A stretch of 64,000 bases of DNA. It comes from Candidatus Latescibacterota bacterium. Lineage in GTDB: Bacteria; Krumholzibacteriota; Krumholzibacteriia; WVZY01. Shown here piece after piece: positions 1 to 10,613 of the stretch; the stretch's first letter is position 1; the number at the start of each line of letters is the position of its first letter. A program made the translations under genes and the position numbers. Under the pieces are notes generated by a model that saw only the letters and a list, made by a program, of their open reading frames with translations, had not been told where the DNA came from and did not search any database. Where the stretch lies: assembly GCA_963791045.1 (NCBI GenBank), contig CAWBQK010000009.1, positions 192,001 through 256,000 of the forward strand. Direction: 5' to 3'.

Positions 1-796
1 TGCGGGAGTGCTCATCGAACTAATTCCGGGATAGTTGAAGCCGGCTTCGAAGCAGTCGTCCGGCCCGGAAAAGCCCGGTCGGCGAGACGAGTCCGAGCGT
101 AAAAATCGAAAAACGGATGCTCATTCAGTTTCTCGCTAGTGAGGAGTTCATGGCCAAACTCGAAGAGGTCAAGTCTCTCCTCTCGAACAAGATACCGAGA
201 CGGCCAAGTTCGAAGATGTATTCGATGCCATGATGGACGAGTTCATCGACCGCCACAGTCCAAAGAAACGGGAAGAGAGGCGTGAAAAGCGCCGTTACAC
301 CGGCGCGCGGGTGACACAGAAGAGATCAGGCACGGGTGGCGCCAAGGGGGCCCCCACAACGAGTGAGCGTTCGCGAGCGCAAGCAGGACTCGCTATACCT
401 CATGAATCCACGCTCGTAAAAGCGAGCTCGTGTGGGCTCCCCACTCAGGCAGCAGAAGCATCTGTGCAGGACATCCCGCACTCCGCTTCGCTTCGGGAAA
501 TCGGCGACAGGACCCGTGCCGACAAGCGGCGACAGGACCCGCGCCCCCGATACATTCCCGCGAAGACTCGCGACGCAGTTTTCAAACGCGACAATGGAAA
601 GTGCACGTACGTGGGAAAGACCGGCAGACGATGCGGGTCCACACACAACCTTCAAATCGATCACATAGTGCCGTTTGCGCGGGGCGGGAAAAACACGCTC
701 TCGAACCTGCGATTACTGTGCGGAAAACATAACCGGCTGGAGGCCAAAAGAATTCTTGGAGCGAATACGATGAATCAATTTGTCAGGAGAGAGTAG
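1..796 (+). CDS. HNH endonuclease domain protein (5' partial, frameshifted near 100 and 200)
   Basis: C-terminal 'RDAVFKRDNGKC...RC...LQIDHIVPFARGG...NLRLLCGKHN' HNH motif; coding-like frame 'MLIQFLASEEFMAKLEEVKSLL' upstream of ORF 230..796. Confidence 0.8.
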
Positions 797-841
797 CCGA
801 GTGACACCAGGTCCTTGCGGTCGCACGTGAACACACCGGCA

Positions 842-3414
842 TCAAAAGCTCACCGTCAAGCCCAGCACCAAATCATCACGGTGGACCCGGGCGTCATTGG
901 GAACGTCACCCAGTGTGTCGAAGAGAAATTCGAGGCGATCGAGGGAAATCGCGGATAAATCGAGTCCGAGATTTTGCAGGTATCTGGCGTATTCAATACG
1001 AATCGCAATATCGGTTCCGCCGGGCAGTTTTCCCGAACGTTTCCATGGGATGAACTCAAACCCGAGCCCAAAATGCCAGACGTTCGGCCAAATACTGTTT
1101 GGTTTTATCCAGTCTGATTCTGATGTCGTAAACAACTCACCGTTCGCCCGGACATTCTCAAGCTTGTACCAGCTCCACCCATACCCACCCTTCAAGTAAG
1201 GCTGAAAGCGCGATGTCGACAGGCTGTACCGGATACTCCCCGCGTACTCCCAGTAGTTGATGTCGGCGCTGTACGAATAAGAGGGAATGTTATTGAAATC
1301 AAGGGTCGCCCCAAACGACGACCGCGAGTTGCGCACGGTGTTCTCGCTCGTGAATCGGCCACCAATATAGAAAGCGATTTGCAAAAACGGCATCACCGAG
1401 TCATCCATGTACTCGCTGCCGCCGGTCACCACGGTCGTACTATCCCCGCCGTTCAGCACTATATGAAAAACAGGTTGGAGAAGAAACTCATCGTACTGGG
1501 CCGGATTCAGCGCCAGAGAGGTGAAATCGTCGTCAAAACTCTGAACTGAAACACCCGACGACAATCCGACGAAACGAAACGGGACGCCTTCTTTGGGATA
1601 ATAAATGGGATCGCGGCGCCCGAATGCGCGTTTGAAAGGATAGGCCACGATGCGTGTCAGAAAATCGAGCGGAGGGAGGTTCAATAAGATCAGCGGAGCA
1701 TTCAAGTAACCGAAATCGTTGCGAAAGCTGTCCTGGGGCCCCAGCGGAAAGATTGACGGCAACGTATGGGGCTCATAAACAAAGTATCCGGGCGCTGAGC
1801 CCGCGGCGTTCCACCCCGGGTTGAACGACGGACCGATGGGGGCAACGTTTCCCGTATCGAAGTGTTCGAGCACCCCCGCAAAGGGCGATATTGTCGCGGG
1901 GTATCCCCAGCGAATCGGAAGAACGAGCCAACTCCAGTCTCTTCGCGCTCGCGCATTCGTGTGCGTGTGATCGATAACCCGCTCCCAGTCGGGAACGAGG
2001 CACAGCCGATCCGGGCTTGCGAGACCGATTACGCTTCCCCGCTTGAACACCGGGCCGGTGGTTGTCTTGCCCGCCTCGAGTTGTTTCCAGTATTTCCTGG
2101 GATCTACATGCACCGCAATCTGATCGTTCGTCCCCCCGGTCCCACGGCCTGGTAGCGGCCGGGCAGCGGATAGGTGCCGTGCGGGTTGCGGTTCTTCCCG
2201 CCCGGAGGCGCCATCATCTGATCAAACCCCTTGTTGTCGGCGCCGATATACCCGAACGGATGTGTATTGATTATTATCTCATCATCGTCCACGTAGGCCA
2301 TCTGGCGAATGGCGTTCCAGATCTCGTTTTCGTTGAACCGGAGCTGGGGCCGGTTCTTGATGTCCGCTTTCCATTGATCCCGAGTCTGGTACACATTGGG
2401 GCTCGAGAAATCGAGCGTCATCACAAGGTGATGAAAATAATAATCCGCGCGCTGAATCACCAGCGGGTCGGCCGCGTCGTCGGTCGCCGCGAGAGCGCCT
2501 GTTAAAATGTCGTTGATTGTCTTCGCGGACAGCGGCCGCTCCACCATGCTTCTCGGGGCCACCACGACATTCATGTGCTCCCAATCCCCCTCGTGGTTCA
2601 TCCCGCTGTCATTGCTCGGATAGAAGAACCAGTACTGGAACACCAACTCGTAACCCCATACGGCGCCCTTGTCATCCACGGCGCTCCGAATAAACGGATG
2701 CACGTATGCGTGCGGGAAGGACGCCCGCTTTTCTTCCGGGGTCTTGTCGAACTCGGCCTCGAATCCCACTTCCCAGTTTTCCGGTCCCTCTCCCGGCCAG
2801 TTGAAAAACATAACGGTGAAGAGGTCGGGACGTTCCCTGACAATTCTGTCGTTGAGGGCTTTTTCCTCGAATCTCGAAGGGGAATACCGCTCCAGGAGTT
2901 CCCTGAGCTTACAGTCTTCAATCGCGGCATCGGCGGTTGCTTCCGGATGTTCATCGCTCGCATTCCCGAGGAGTGACGGATCACACTCCGTCTCGCCGAG
3001 TATGGAGAAATTGATACCCATCGACCCCAGCAGCTCGGGCGCAGTATCGGTCACATTCCACGTGTCCACATGCAGAGAAAAATCATCCCGGTTTTCGATA
3101 TAGGTATCAAAGTTGGTTGGCAGGTTCGTCGTGTTCTGCACGAGATACGGCGCAAACCGGACGGCCAACGCCATCAAAACGTCATATCTTTTGTCGTCGA
3201 TGCCATCGACCGGGTTTATGTCCCGGTAGTCTGGGTCATCGCGGTCCCCGTACAAGCGCAGTGCGTCCGACGCGGCGGTCTGCTGAACCAGGCGCGGGGC
3301 GCTTAATGGTACGTGTGTGAGATACTCACCTCGCGGCACCTCAGCCGATCGTACATTGCCGACCCAGACGGCAATCACAACCGAGAACACGATAAACAAT
3401 ATGGTGGTTTTCAT
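842..3414 (-). CDS. Large exported protein with an N-terminal Vps62/NPP1-like 'HEGDWEH' domain and a C-terminal outer-membrane beta-barrel (frameshift near 2110)
   Basis: Signal peptide; 'QYWFFYP..N..HEGDWEH' motif; overlapping ORFs 2104..3414 and 842..2113; amphipathic strands ending in terminal Phe (LGLTVSF). Confidence 0.6.
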
Positions 3415-3547
3415 TTTTCTCTATTCGGATGGTTGGGCCGAGATTCATGGCGGCGTCTGGTTCCAATTTCGCCGCGGCGGCATGGTTGGGTGTTCTGTTT
3501 TGCCGAGACCTGGATTATAACTATAGTATGGGCCAGGGTCAACACAA

Positions 3548-3576
3548 CGAAGACCGGCGTCGGCCGCCGGTCTTCG
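3548..3576 (-). terminator. Probable intrinsic terminator of the multiheme cytochrome gene
   Basis: 12-bp perfect stem CGAAGACCGGCG/CGCCGGTCTTCG followed on the minus strand by TTGTGTT. Confidence 0.6.
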
Positions 3577-3615
3577 CACTCTGACTCTGTCTTACGCGAG
3601 ACCGCGCTTCAAGAG

Positions 3616-4858
3616 CTACCCCTTATGGCTCGCCCGAAGCTCTGCCGCCTTCTCCTTGATCTCGGCGAGATCGCGCACCATCTCGCTCCACCCATACCAC
3701 AACGCGTAGTCGGGGTTCGCGTGAAACGTCCCCTGGAACGCGCGCATCCGGTGCTTGAGATGCATCTCGAAGAGCGTCTGCTCGATCGGTCGTCGGGGCG
3801 TCGTGGAACGTGAGAAGATCGGGGAACGCGTATGTGTAACCTTCGGGCTTGGGAATGATTCCGTCCTGATAGAGCCCGGCGATAATACGAATCGCTTCGG
3901 CAAGAAGGTGATCGGCTTCACGGATCATGTCGTCACCCTTGGCGAGCTCCGCCTTGGCAAAGTTCTCGGAATGACAGTCGCCGCAGATCGCGATCATCTT
4001 GTTGCGTTCCGCGTCAAAGGCTTCCTGCGTCAGACGCGCCACATCGGCCGCCTTGACCACGTCGAGCCTCGCCGTCGGATTGCCCTCGGGGTCGAGCACG
4101 CCGAGCGCCTGGAGAATCGTGACCTGGTCGGCTTTCCACTGTTCGTCTTCGGGCAGAGGCAAACGCACAGCAAGGAATCCCCACGCGGTGCGGACTTCGT
4201 GGTTGCCCTCGGGCATGTGACATGTCTGGCATGTCGGCGCCGCGGTGGTCTCGGGCAGCGTTCCGTTTTGCTTCAGCAGATGACGGACACCGTGCTTCGA
4301 GGCCGACCACATCTCCCACTGGGGATGGTCGAAACCCATGTGGCAGGTCTGGCAGGCCTGCGGTTCGCGGGCTTCCTTGACCGAGAAGGTGTGGCGTGTG
4401 TGGCAGGCATCGCACGAGGCGTGGCCGAACATGGACCCCTGGGCTTTTAGTGCCTCGATCTCTTCATCGGACTTGAGCCCGATCTTGTGGCAGCCGCCGC
4501 ATCCCTTCATTCCCGGTCCGAGCGCCATCGGCAGCGCATGTGTCGTCGGCATCGCGTTGAAAGGCGCCCACGCGAGAGCGTGCTTCCCCGCCGAGAACTG
4601 CGTCATCTGCGTATCGTGACACTCGCCGCAGGTCGCCGCGGTGATCGTCGTGATCTTGTCGACATCGTCGGCCGACGTGTGACCCTCGCCGTGACACGTC
4701 GCGCACGTCACATCGTTACTCTTGTGCAGACTGATCTCCCAGTCGGTCACGATGTTCGGCGTGATCTCTTTGTGGCACTTGATACACGCGTCATCGGCGG
4801 CAGCCGCCGCGACGGCAACGAGCATCAGTGCCGAAAAAACCCAAAAGACCTTTTTCAT
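3616..4858 (-). CDS. Octaheme hydroxylamine oxidoreductase-family cytochrome c (epsilon-Hao-like; frameshift near 3790)
   Basis: Signal peptide; 8 CxxCH motifs; 'CHMGFDHPQWEMWSASKHG'; C-terminus 'HANPDYALWYGW' in ORF 3616..3921. Confidence 0.85.
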
Positions 4859-4950
4859 GGTCTTCCCCCTTCTAATAACAGTTCGCAAACCATACAAACC
4901 ACGTTTTTCACATGGCCGGAGAAAGAAAAGTCCCCGGCGCTAAAAAGCTC

Positions 4951-5370
4951 TTAACCGCAAAACGGTTTGCTCGGTGTTTTTTCGGTGATGAGTTCCGCGA
5001 TGGTCGCGTCGCCGAGGAGCCGCTCGATCTCGGCAATCGCGCTGTCGAGTCTGTGATGCACGGGACAAAGTTTGTCGTTGTGGGATTCGAGACCCAGCGG
5101 GCATTTCGTGATCCGCTTGATCGGATCTACCACGTTGATCACGTCGAGAAGTGTCAAATCCTCGGGGCTCACGGCCAACGTGAACCCGCCGTTGAGACCC
5201 CTCTGGGAACTCACGAGATCGGCGCGCCCCAGTGTCTGCAGGATTTTCGACAGATACCCCGAAGGCACTTTTGTCGCCTCGGCAATCTGCTGGTTCGTTT
5301 TTGCCGTTCCCCTCTGGACCGCCAGCCAGACGATTGTCCGAAGTGCATACTCGGCTGTTTGCGAAAACAA
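4951..5370 (-). CDS. Rrf2 family transcriptional regulator
   Basis: 'MFSQTAEYALR...YLSKILQTL...SQRGLNGGF...CPLG...CPVH'; GGAGG RBS before the TTG start. Confidence 0.92.
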   Translation of the reverse strand: MFSQTAEYALRTIVWLAVQRGTAKTNQQIAEATKVPSGYLSKILQTLGRADLVSSQRGLNGGFTLAVSPEDLTLLDVINVVDPIKRITKCPLGLESHNDKLCPVHHRLDSAIAEIERLLGDATIAELITEKTPSKPFCG

Positions 5371-5399
5371 TTCTTGGCCTCCCGTTCATATTTTGGACA

Positions 5400-5464
5400 T
5401 CTGGATCTTGACATCCAGAATAGGATTGCGTAGACTTCATGTCAAGTGGATATTTATATCCAGA
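5400..5464. promoter_or_regulatory. Two TGGAT-N6-ATCCA palindromes, candidate Rrf2 operators in a divergent promoter
   Basis: TCTGGATcttgacATCCAGA at 5400-5419 and TGGATatttatATCCA at 5447-5462. Confidence 0.7.
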
Positions 5465-5493
5465 TGGTCGATTCCAAGGAGAAATAACCTTAT

Positions 5494-6627
5494 ATGCCTG
5501 TAAAAGAAACAATTACACAACAACACGGCATGGACAACGCGATTGCGGATCCCAAGCAGGCAGCCGAGGCGGCGAAGAAGAAGGCCGCCGCCAACCGCCG
5601 CCGGCTGGTTTTCTTCACTCGTCCGGACCGCGCCTTCTCGGTCCGGATGGGGATACAACTCCTGACCTTCGCCATCATCGTGGTAATGGGGGTCCAGTTC
5701 TATAACTGGGTCGGCAACCTCGAGGCGGGCCGGATTGCGGGAACGCGCCCACCGGGAGTCGAGGGCTTTCTTCCCATCGCGGCGATGATCAGCCTCCGCC
5801 ATCTTATCGAGTCGGGCGAGTTCTCGATGATCCATCCCGCGGGTCTCGTGATCTTTTCGCTCGTCTGCCTTACCGGTCTATTATTGAAAAAAGCATTCTG
5901 TTCGTGGCTCTGCCCCGCGGGCACCATCTCCGAGTACCTGGCACGTTTGTCGTTCGTGATTTTCAAACGCCGGATCAAGATCCCCGCGTGGCTCGACTAC
6001 CCATTGATGTCCCTCAAATATCTGATCCTCGGCTTTTTTGTCCATGCGGTGGTATTTCGAATGACGCCGGCGGCGATTTCTTACTTTCTTGAGTCGCCGT
6101 ACAACCAGGTGGCCGACATCAAGATGCTCTACTTTTTTACGAACATCTCACCCTTTGGTCTCAAGATCCTGATCGGGCTCCTGCTTCTTTCGTTTGTGAT
6201 TCCCTACTTCTGGTGCCGGTACCTTTGTCCGTACGGCGCGCTCCTCGGGTTGTTGTCAATGATCTCACCGCTAAAAATCCGCCGGTCACTGCCGGACTGC
6301 ACCAGCTGCGGAAAATGCGCCGCCGTCTGCCCCAGCTACATCGCCGTCGACCAGAAACGCACGGTGTCATCGCCGGAGTGCACGGGTTGCCTCGAGTGCG
6401 TCGTCCACTGTTCGGTCAGCAACGCCCTGGCCGTCAAAACACCGGGGCCGTTCGCCCGAACCGTCAAACCGGTCGTTTTCGCCGTGCTCCTCGCAATGCT
6501 TTTCTACGGCGGGATCGGCATGGCCAAGATCGCAAGACGCTGGGAATCGAATGTCAATCAAGAGGAAATAATGAAACGCGTGCAGGACGGCATCTACGGC
6601 CCCGAATACGGGCACTTTGGCCGTTGA
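5494..6627 (+). CDS. 4Fe-4S-binding polytopic membrane protein (NapH/MauN/YccM family)
   Basis: 'FCSWLCPAG' and 'WCRYLCPYG' motifs, two CxxCxxCxxxC motifs and multiple TM helices. Confidence 0.88.
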   Translation: MPVKETITQQHGMDNAIADPKQAAEAAKKKAAANRRRLVFFTRPDRAFSVRMGIQLLTFAIIVVMGVQFYNWVGNLEAGRIAGTRPPGVEGFLPIAAMISLRHLIESGEFSMIHPAGLVIFSLVCLTGLLLKKAFCSWLCPAGTISEYLARLSFVIFKRRIKIPAWLDYPLMSLKYLILGFFVHAVVFRMTPAAISYFLESPYNQVADIKMLYFFTNISPFGLKILIGLLLLSFVIPYFWCRYLCPYGALLGLLSMISPLKIRRSLPDCTSCGKCAAVCPSYIAVDQKRTVSSPECTGCLECVVHCSVSNALAVKTPGPFARTVKPVVFAVLLAMLFYGGIGMAKIARRWESNVNQEEIMKRVQDGIYGPEYGHFGR

Positions 6628-6683
6628 TGATTTCATCATCACGCGCACGCAGTACACAGTAACAACCAACACGGAGAATCCAC

Positions 6684-7928
6684 ATGAGCGAACTCATCAA
6701 CAACAATGACAAACGCGTCGAAACGCTTGCCGAAATCATAAAAGGCCTCAAGGAAGGCGGGGACACCGGCGAGGTTAAAAAGAAGCTCGCAGAACTCGTT
6801 CGCACGACGACGAGCGAAGAGATCATCGCAATGGAGCAAAAACTCATCTCCGACGGGATGAGTGTCGGCGAAGTCAAGGGGATGTGCGATCTCCACTCGC
6901 AGGTCCTCGGCGACATGCTCACCGAGAAGATCGAGGCACAGACCACGCCCGGGCATCCCGCAAATACATTTCATGCCGAGAACATCGCGATCCGCGATGC
7001 CGTGGGCGAGATGAGAGATCTCGTCGGATCGATCACACGAATCAAACCTTGCCGAAAAACTCCCCGAGGTTCGCGGTTTCCACGAAAAGCTTCTCGAAGT
7101 CGAGAAGCACTACGCCCGAAAAGAAAATGTCTTCTTCCCCTATCTCGAGCACCACGGCGTCACCGGTCCGTCACAGGTGATGTGGGCCAAGGATGACGAC
7201 ATCCGCGTGCTTCTCAAATCGTTCAGAACGGCGATTGCGGATGACGCGATGACATTTGTTACATGGTCGGCCGGCGCGAAAAATATCGCTCGTCGAAATG
7301 CTCGATCAGATTGAAGAGATGACAAACAAAGAAGATAAACATCCTTCTTCCGATATCCCTCAAGAAGTTGAACGCGGAAGAATGGGCCTGTGTCCATCGG
7401 GACTCACCGCGATTTGGCTTCTGTCTCGTGGAACCGGGGAATGAGTACATGCCCGCCGCCATTGACACAGCGGCCGAAGGTGAACCCGCGGGCCTCGGCG
7501 CCGCCGCTGAAATAATCGGACTCGGCGCGGGAAGCATCACGTCAGATCAGCTAAACGCGCTCGTCAAAGTACTGCCGTTCGATCTCACATTTGTCGATGC
7601 CGACGACCGCGTCGCGTTCTTCTCCGAGGGTGCCGATCGCGTCTTTGCGCGGACACCGTCCATAATCGGCCGCATGGTTCAGAACTGTCACCCCCCACAG
7701 AGTGTCGATGTCGTCGACCGGATTCTGTCCGACTTCCGGTCGGGAACTCAGGATGTCGCCGAGTTCTGGATCAACTTCCAGGGGCGCTTCGTACACATCC
7801 GCTATTTTGCCGTTCGCGACGAAGCCGGCAAATACATGGGCACGCTCGAGGTAACTCAGGATCTGACGCAGCCGAGAGCTCTCGAAGGCGAACGGCGCCT
7901 TCTCGAGTACGACGGCCAGCCGACTTGA
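6684..7928 (+). CDS. DUF438 / hemerythrin / PAS domain protein (several frameshifts)
   Basis: 'EIIAMEQKLI...MCDLH', 'GHPANTFHAEN', 'HYARKENVFFPYLE', and a C-terminal PAS 'DLTFVDADDRV...NCHPP...GTLEVTQD'. Confidence 0.82.
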
Positions 7929-8086
7929 CAAATACCTGTGGGTTAACCATATATGTAGCTTGAAATGCGGCACGGTTTCGCCGTAGACTCTACGTTTTCC
8001 CATTGCGGCGGATCCCATCCTGTACGGGCGATCCCGCCGCTTCACTGACCTCGACAATCGTAAAAACCAGACTGAGGAAACGACAC

Positions 8087-9515
8087 ATGTGCGGAATTCT
8101 GGGATATTGCGCGACAGAATGGGACCCGGCGCTCGCTAAGTTTTTTGGTCTCCAGGGGTTCAACCTCCAACACAGGGGACAGGAAAATTTTGGTGCAACA
8201 TACAGTAACGGAAGAAAGTTCAACCATTTCAAAGACAAGGGACTCGTCTCCCAGGTCTTTTCAAAGGAACGCCGCGAAGAGTTCAACAAACTCCAGCCTC
8301 TGATCGCGATCGGTCAGACCCGCTACGCCACGGCCGGCGGAACCGACGCCATCTCCGCACAGCCGCACTGGCTTACGCTGCTCGACGGCTTTTATTCGAA
8401 TGCGACGAACGGCGATCTCCCGATGCTCGAGAAAGAAGTCGAAGAACTCGAAAAATCAGGTGTCATCATGCTCTCCGGTAACGACGGAGAGCTTATTCTG
8501 AAAAAGATCCTCCAGGCCGCCCACAAACACAATGACGGCGACCTCGTCAAGGGGATCAAACACCTTATGGAGACAACACCTGGCGCATATTCGGGGTGTC
8601 TTGATGACACTCAATGAACTTTACCTCTACCGCGACCCGCACGGTTTCCGCCCGCTCTACTATGGACGTTGGCGCAACACCTGGGTGTACGCGTCGGAGA
8701 CATGCGCTTTCCACGAGCGCGACGCCAAAATCGAGCGCGAGGTGTATCCCGGTGAGGTCATCGTGTTCGGCATCGATGGAAGCAAAACCCACCACCAGGT
8801 GGTCACGCCCGAACACAAGCGCCAGAAATGTATTTTCGAACCAATTTATTTTGCGCGCCCGGACAGCCAGGTATTTGAAAACTCCAACGAGGTCGGCGGT
8901 TTTCGCTTTCAGCTTGGCAAACAGCTCGCGCGCGAGCACCCGGTCAAAGATGCGATCGTCATCCCCGTTCCCGACTCGGGCCGATTTTCGGCGGTCGGTT
9001 ATTCGAACGAATCCAATCTCCCCCTGCGCGAACTCTTCATACGGAACCCGTACATCCCAAGGACGTTCCAGATAGCCGGGCAGGCGAACCGCGAGGATCT
9101 CGTCCGATTGAAATTCACGGTGATGCGTTCGCTTCTCAAAAAATATCGCAAGTTCGTCGTTATCGATGATTCCCTGGTACGCTCGACAACGATGAAAATC
9201 CTCATCTCGATGATCCGCGAGGGATCGGAAGCCGCGGGAGTCGACCCCAAAGAGGTCGAAGTTCACATCCGTCTCGCTTCACCGCCAATCAAGGGGTGTT
9301 GTTACTACGGAATCGACACGCCGGAATCAAAAGAGCTCGCCGCCGCCAACCAGACGATCGAGCAGATCGCCGCGGGGATCAACGCGACAAGCCTCGCGTA
9401 TCTCTCTATCGATGGCCTGGACGAGGTAGCAAGCCGCTTTGACGATCCGGCTAATTTCTGCCACGCTTGTTTTACGGCGGTGTACCCGACACCGTACCAG
9501 GTCCGGTCCAGGTAG
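8087..9515 (+). CDS. purF: Amidophosphoribosyltransferase (frameshift near 8600)
   Basis: N-terminal MCG, 'QHRGQE', 'RDPHGFRPL', 'CIFEPIYFARPDS', 'VPDSG', 'DDSLVRSTT' and Fe-S cysteines. Confidence 0.88.
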
Positions 9516-9521
9516 GTCGAC

Positions 9522-10219
9522 ATGATCGCCATCCGCAAAGCCAACGAACGTGGCCACGCCAACCATGGCTGGCTCGATACATATTTCACATTCTCGTTCG
9601 CCGAATACCACGACCCAAAGCATGTTCGCTTCGGACCACTCCGTGTAATCAACGATGACACGATTGCAGCGGGAGGCGGTTTCGGCACCCACCCCCACAA
9701 CGACATGGAGATCATCACCTATGTCCTCGAGGGTGCGCTGGAACACAAGGACAGCATGGGCACGACGAGCGTGATACACGCCGGCGAAGTTCAAAAAATG
9801 ACGGCCGGGTCGGGAATCACACACAGCGAGTACAACCATTCCAAGACAGATCCCGTCCACCTCCTCCAGGTCTGGATATTTCCCACGGAGAAGGGACTCA
9901 AACCCGGCTATGAGGAAAAGGCTTTTTCAGATGAGACAAAAAAGGGCCGGCTTTGCCCGATTGTCTCGCCCGACAGGCGGGAAGGGTCACTCGAAATTCA
10001 TCAGGATGCCGTTGTGTACGCGTCGGTTCTTGGGAAAGATGACTCGGTCGAGCACGGAATCGAATCCGGCCGCCGGGTGTGGGTCCATGTGGCCCGGGGA
10101 CAGATTCGTTTGAACGACATCGAGCTCAGCGCGGGTGACGGGGCCGGTGTAACCGATGAAACTGGCATCGTGCTCACCGGGACAGATCGAGGCGAATTCT
10201 GTTGTTCGATCTCGGGTAA
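9522..10219 (+). CDS. Pirin family protein (YhhW-like; frameshift near the 3' end)
   Basis: 'GHANHGWL..FSFAEY', 'GFGTHPHNDMEI', 'HSEYN'; likely true end 'LLFDLG*' at 10219. Confidence 0.92.
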
Positions 10220-10318
10220 TGCGCACGCGAAAGTGCACGTTGAACGATTTCAAAAAAACCGCCGCGGGCACACGCTCGCGGCGATTCTTTGATAACGAGG
10301 GGTTGTTGCCAACCGCTG

Positions 10319-10537
10319 TTACTTTTTCTTTTTTTTCTCACGGTACGTGACGTACAACGGACATGGATCCCAATCGGGAATCCCGCATTTTCCCTCATGG
10401 TCACACGAGAAATACGAAAGCGTATCTTTTCCAGTTTCGTTTTTATCGTACCTGGCGGTCACCGTCACCTTGTCCCCCATCACCGGGCACCCAAGCCTGT
10501 CCACCTGTCCTTTTTTTTCTGCCCCGTCACCAGCCAT
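10319..10537 (-). CDS. Small Cys-containing hypothetical protein (72 aa, possibly metal-binding)
   Basis: GGAGG RBS and ATG at 10537; four Cys (CP, C-x5-C, CP); Lys-rich tail. Confidence 0.6.
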   Translation of the reverse strand: MAGDGAEKKGQVDRLGCPVMGDKVTVTARYDKNETGKDTLSYFSCDHEGKCGIPDWDPCPLYVTYREKKKKK

Positions 10538-10613
10538 GGTCGTACCTCCGACAAAAAGCGATTCATTGTGTCCTGGCTGACAGAAGTATAGCACACGCCA
10601 TTCCGGTCGAAGC

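Noticed and set aside
7930-8086. Purine, ZTP or PRPP riboswitch before purF
   Set aside because: A hairpin is present but I could not match the conserved aptamer motifs
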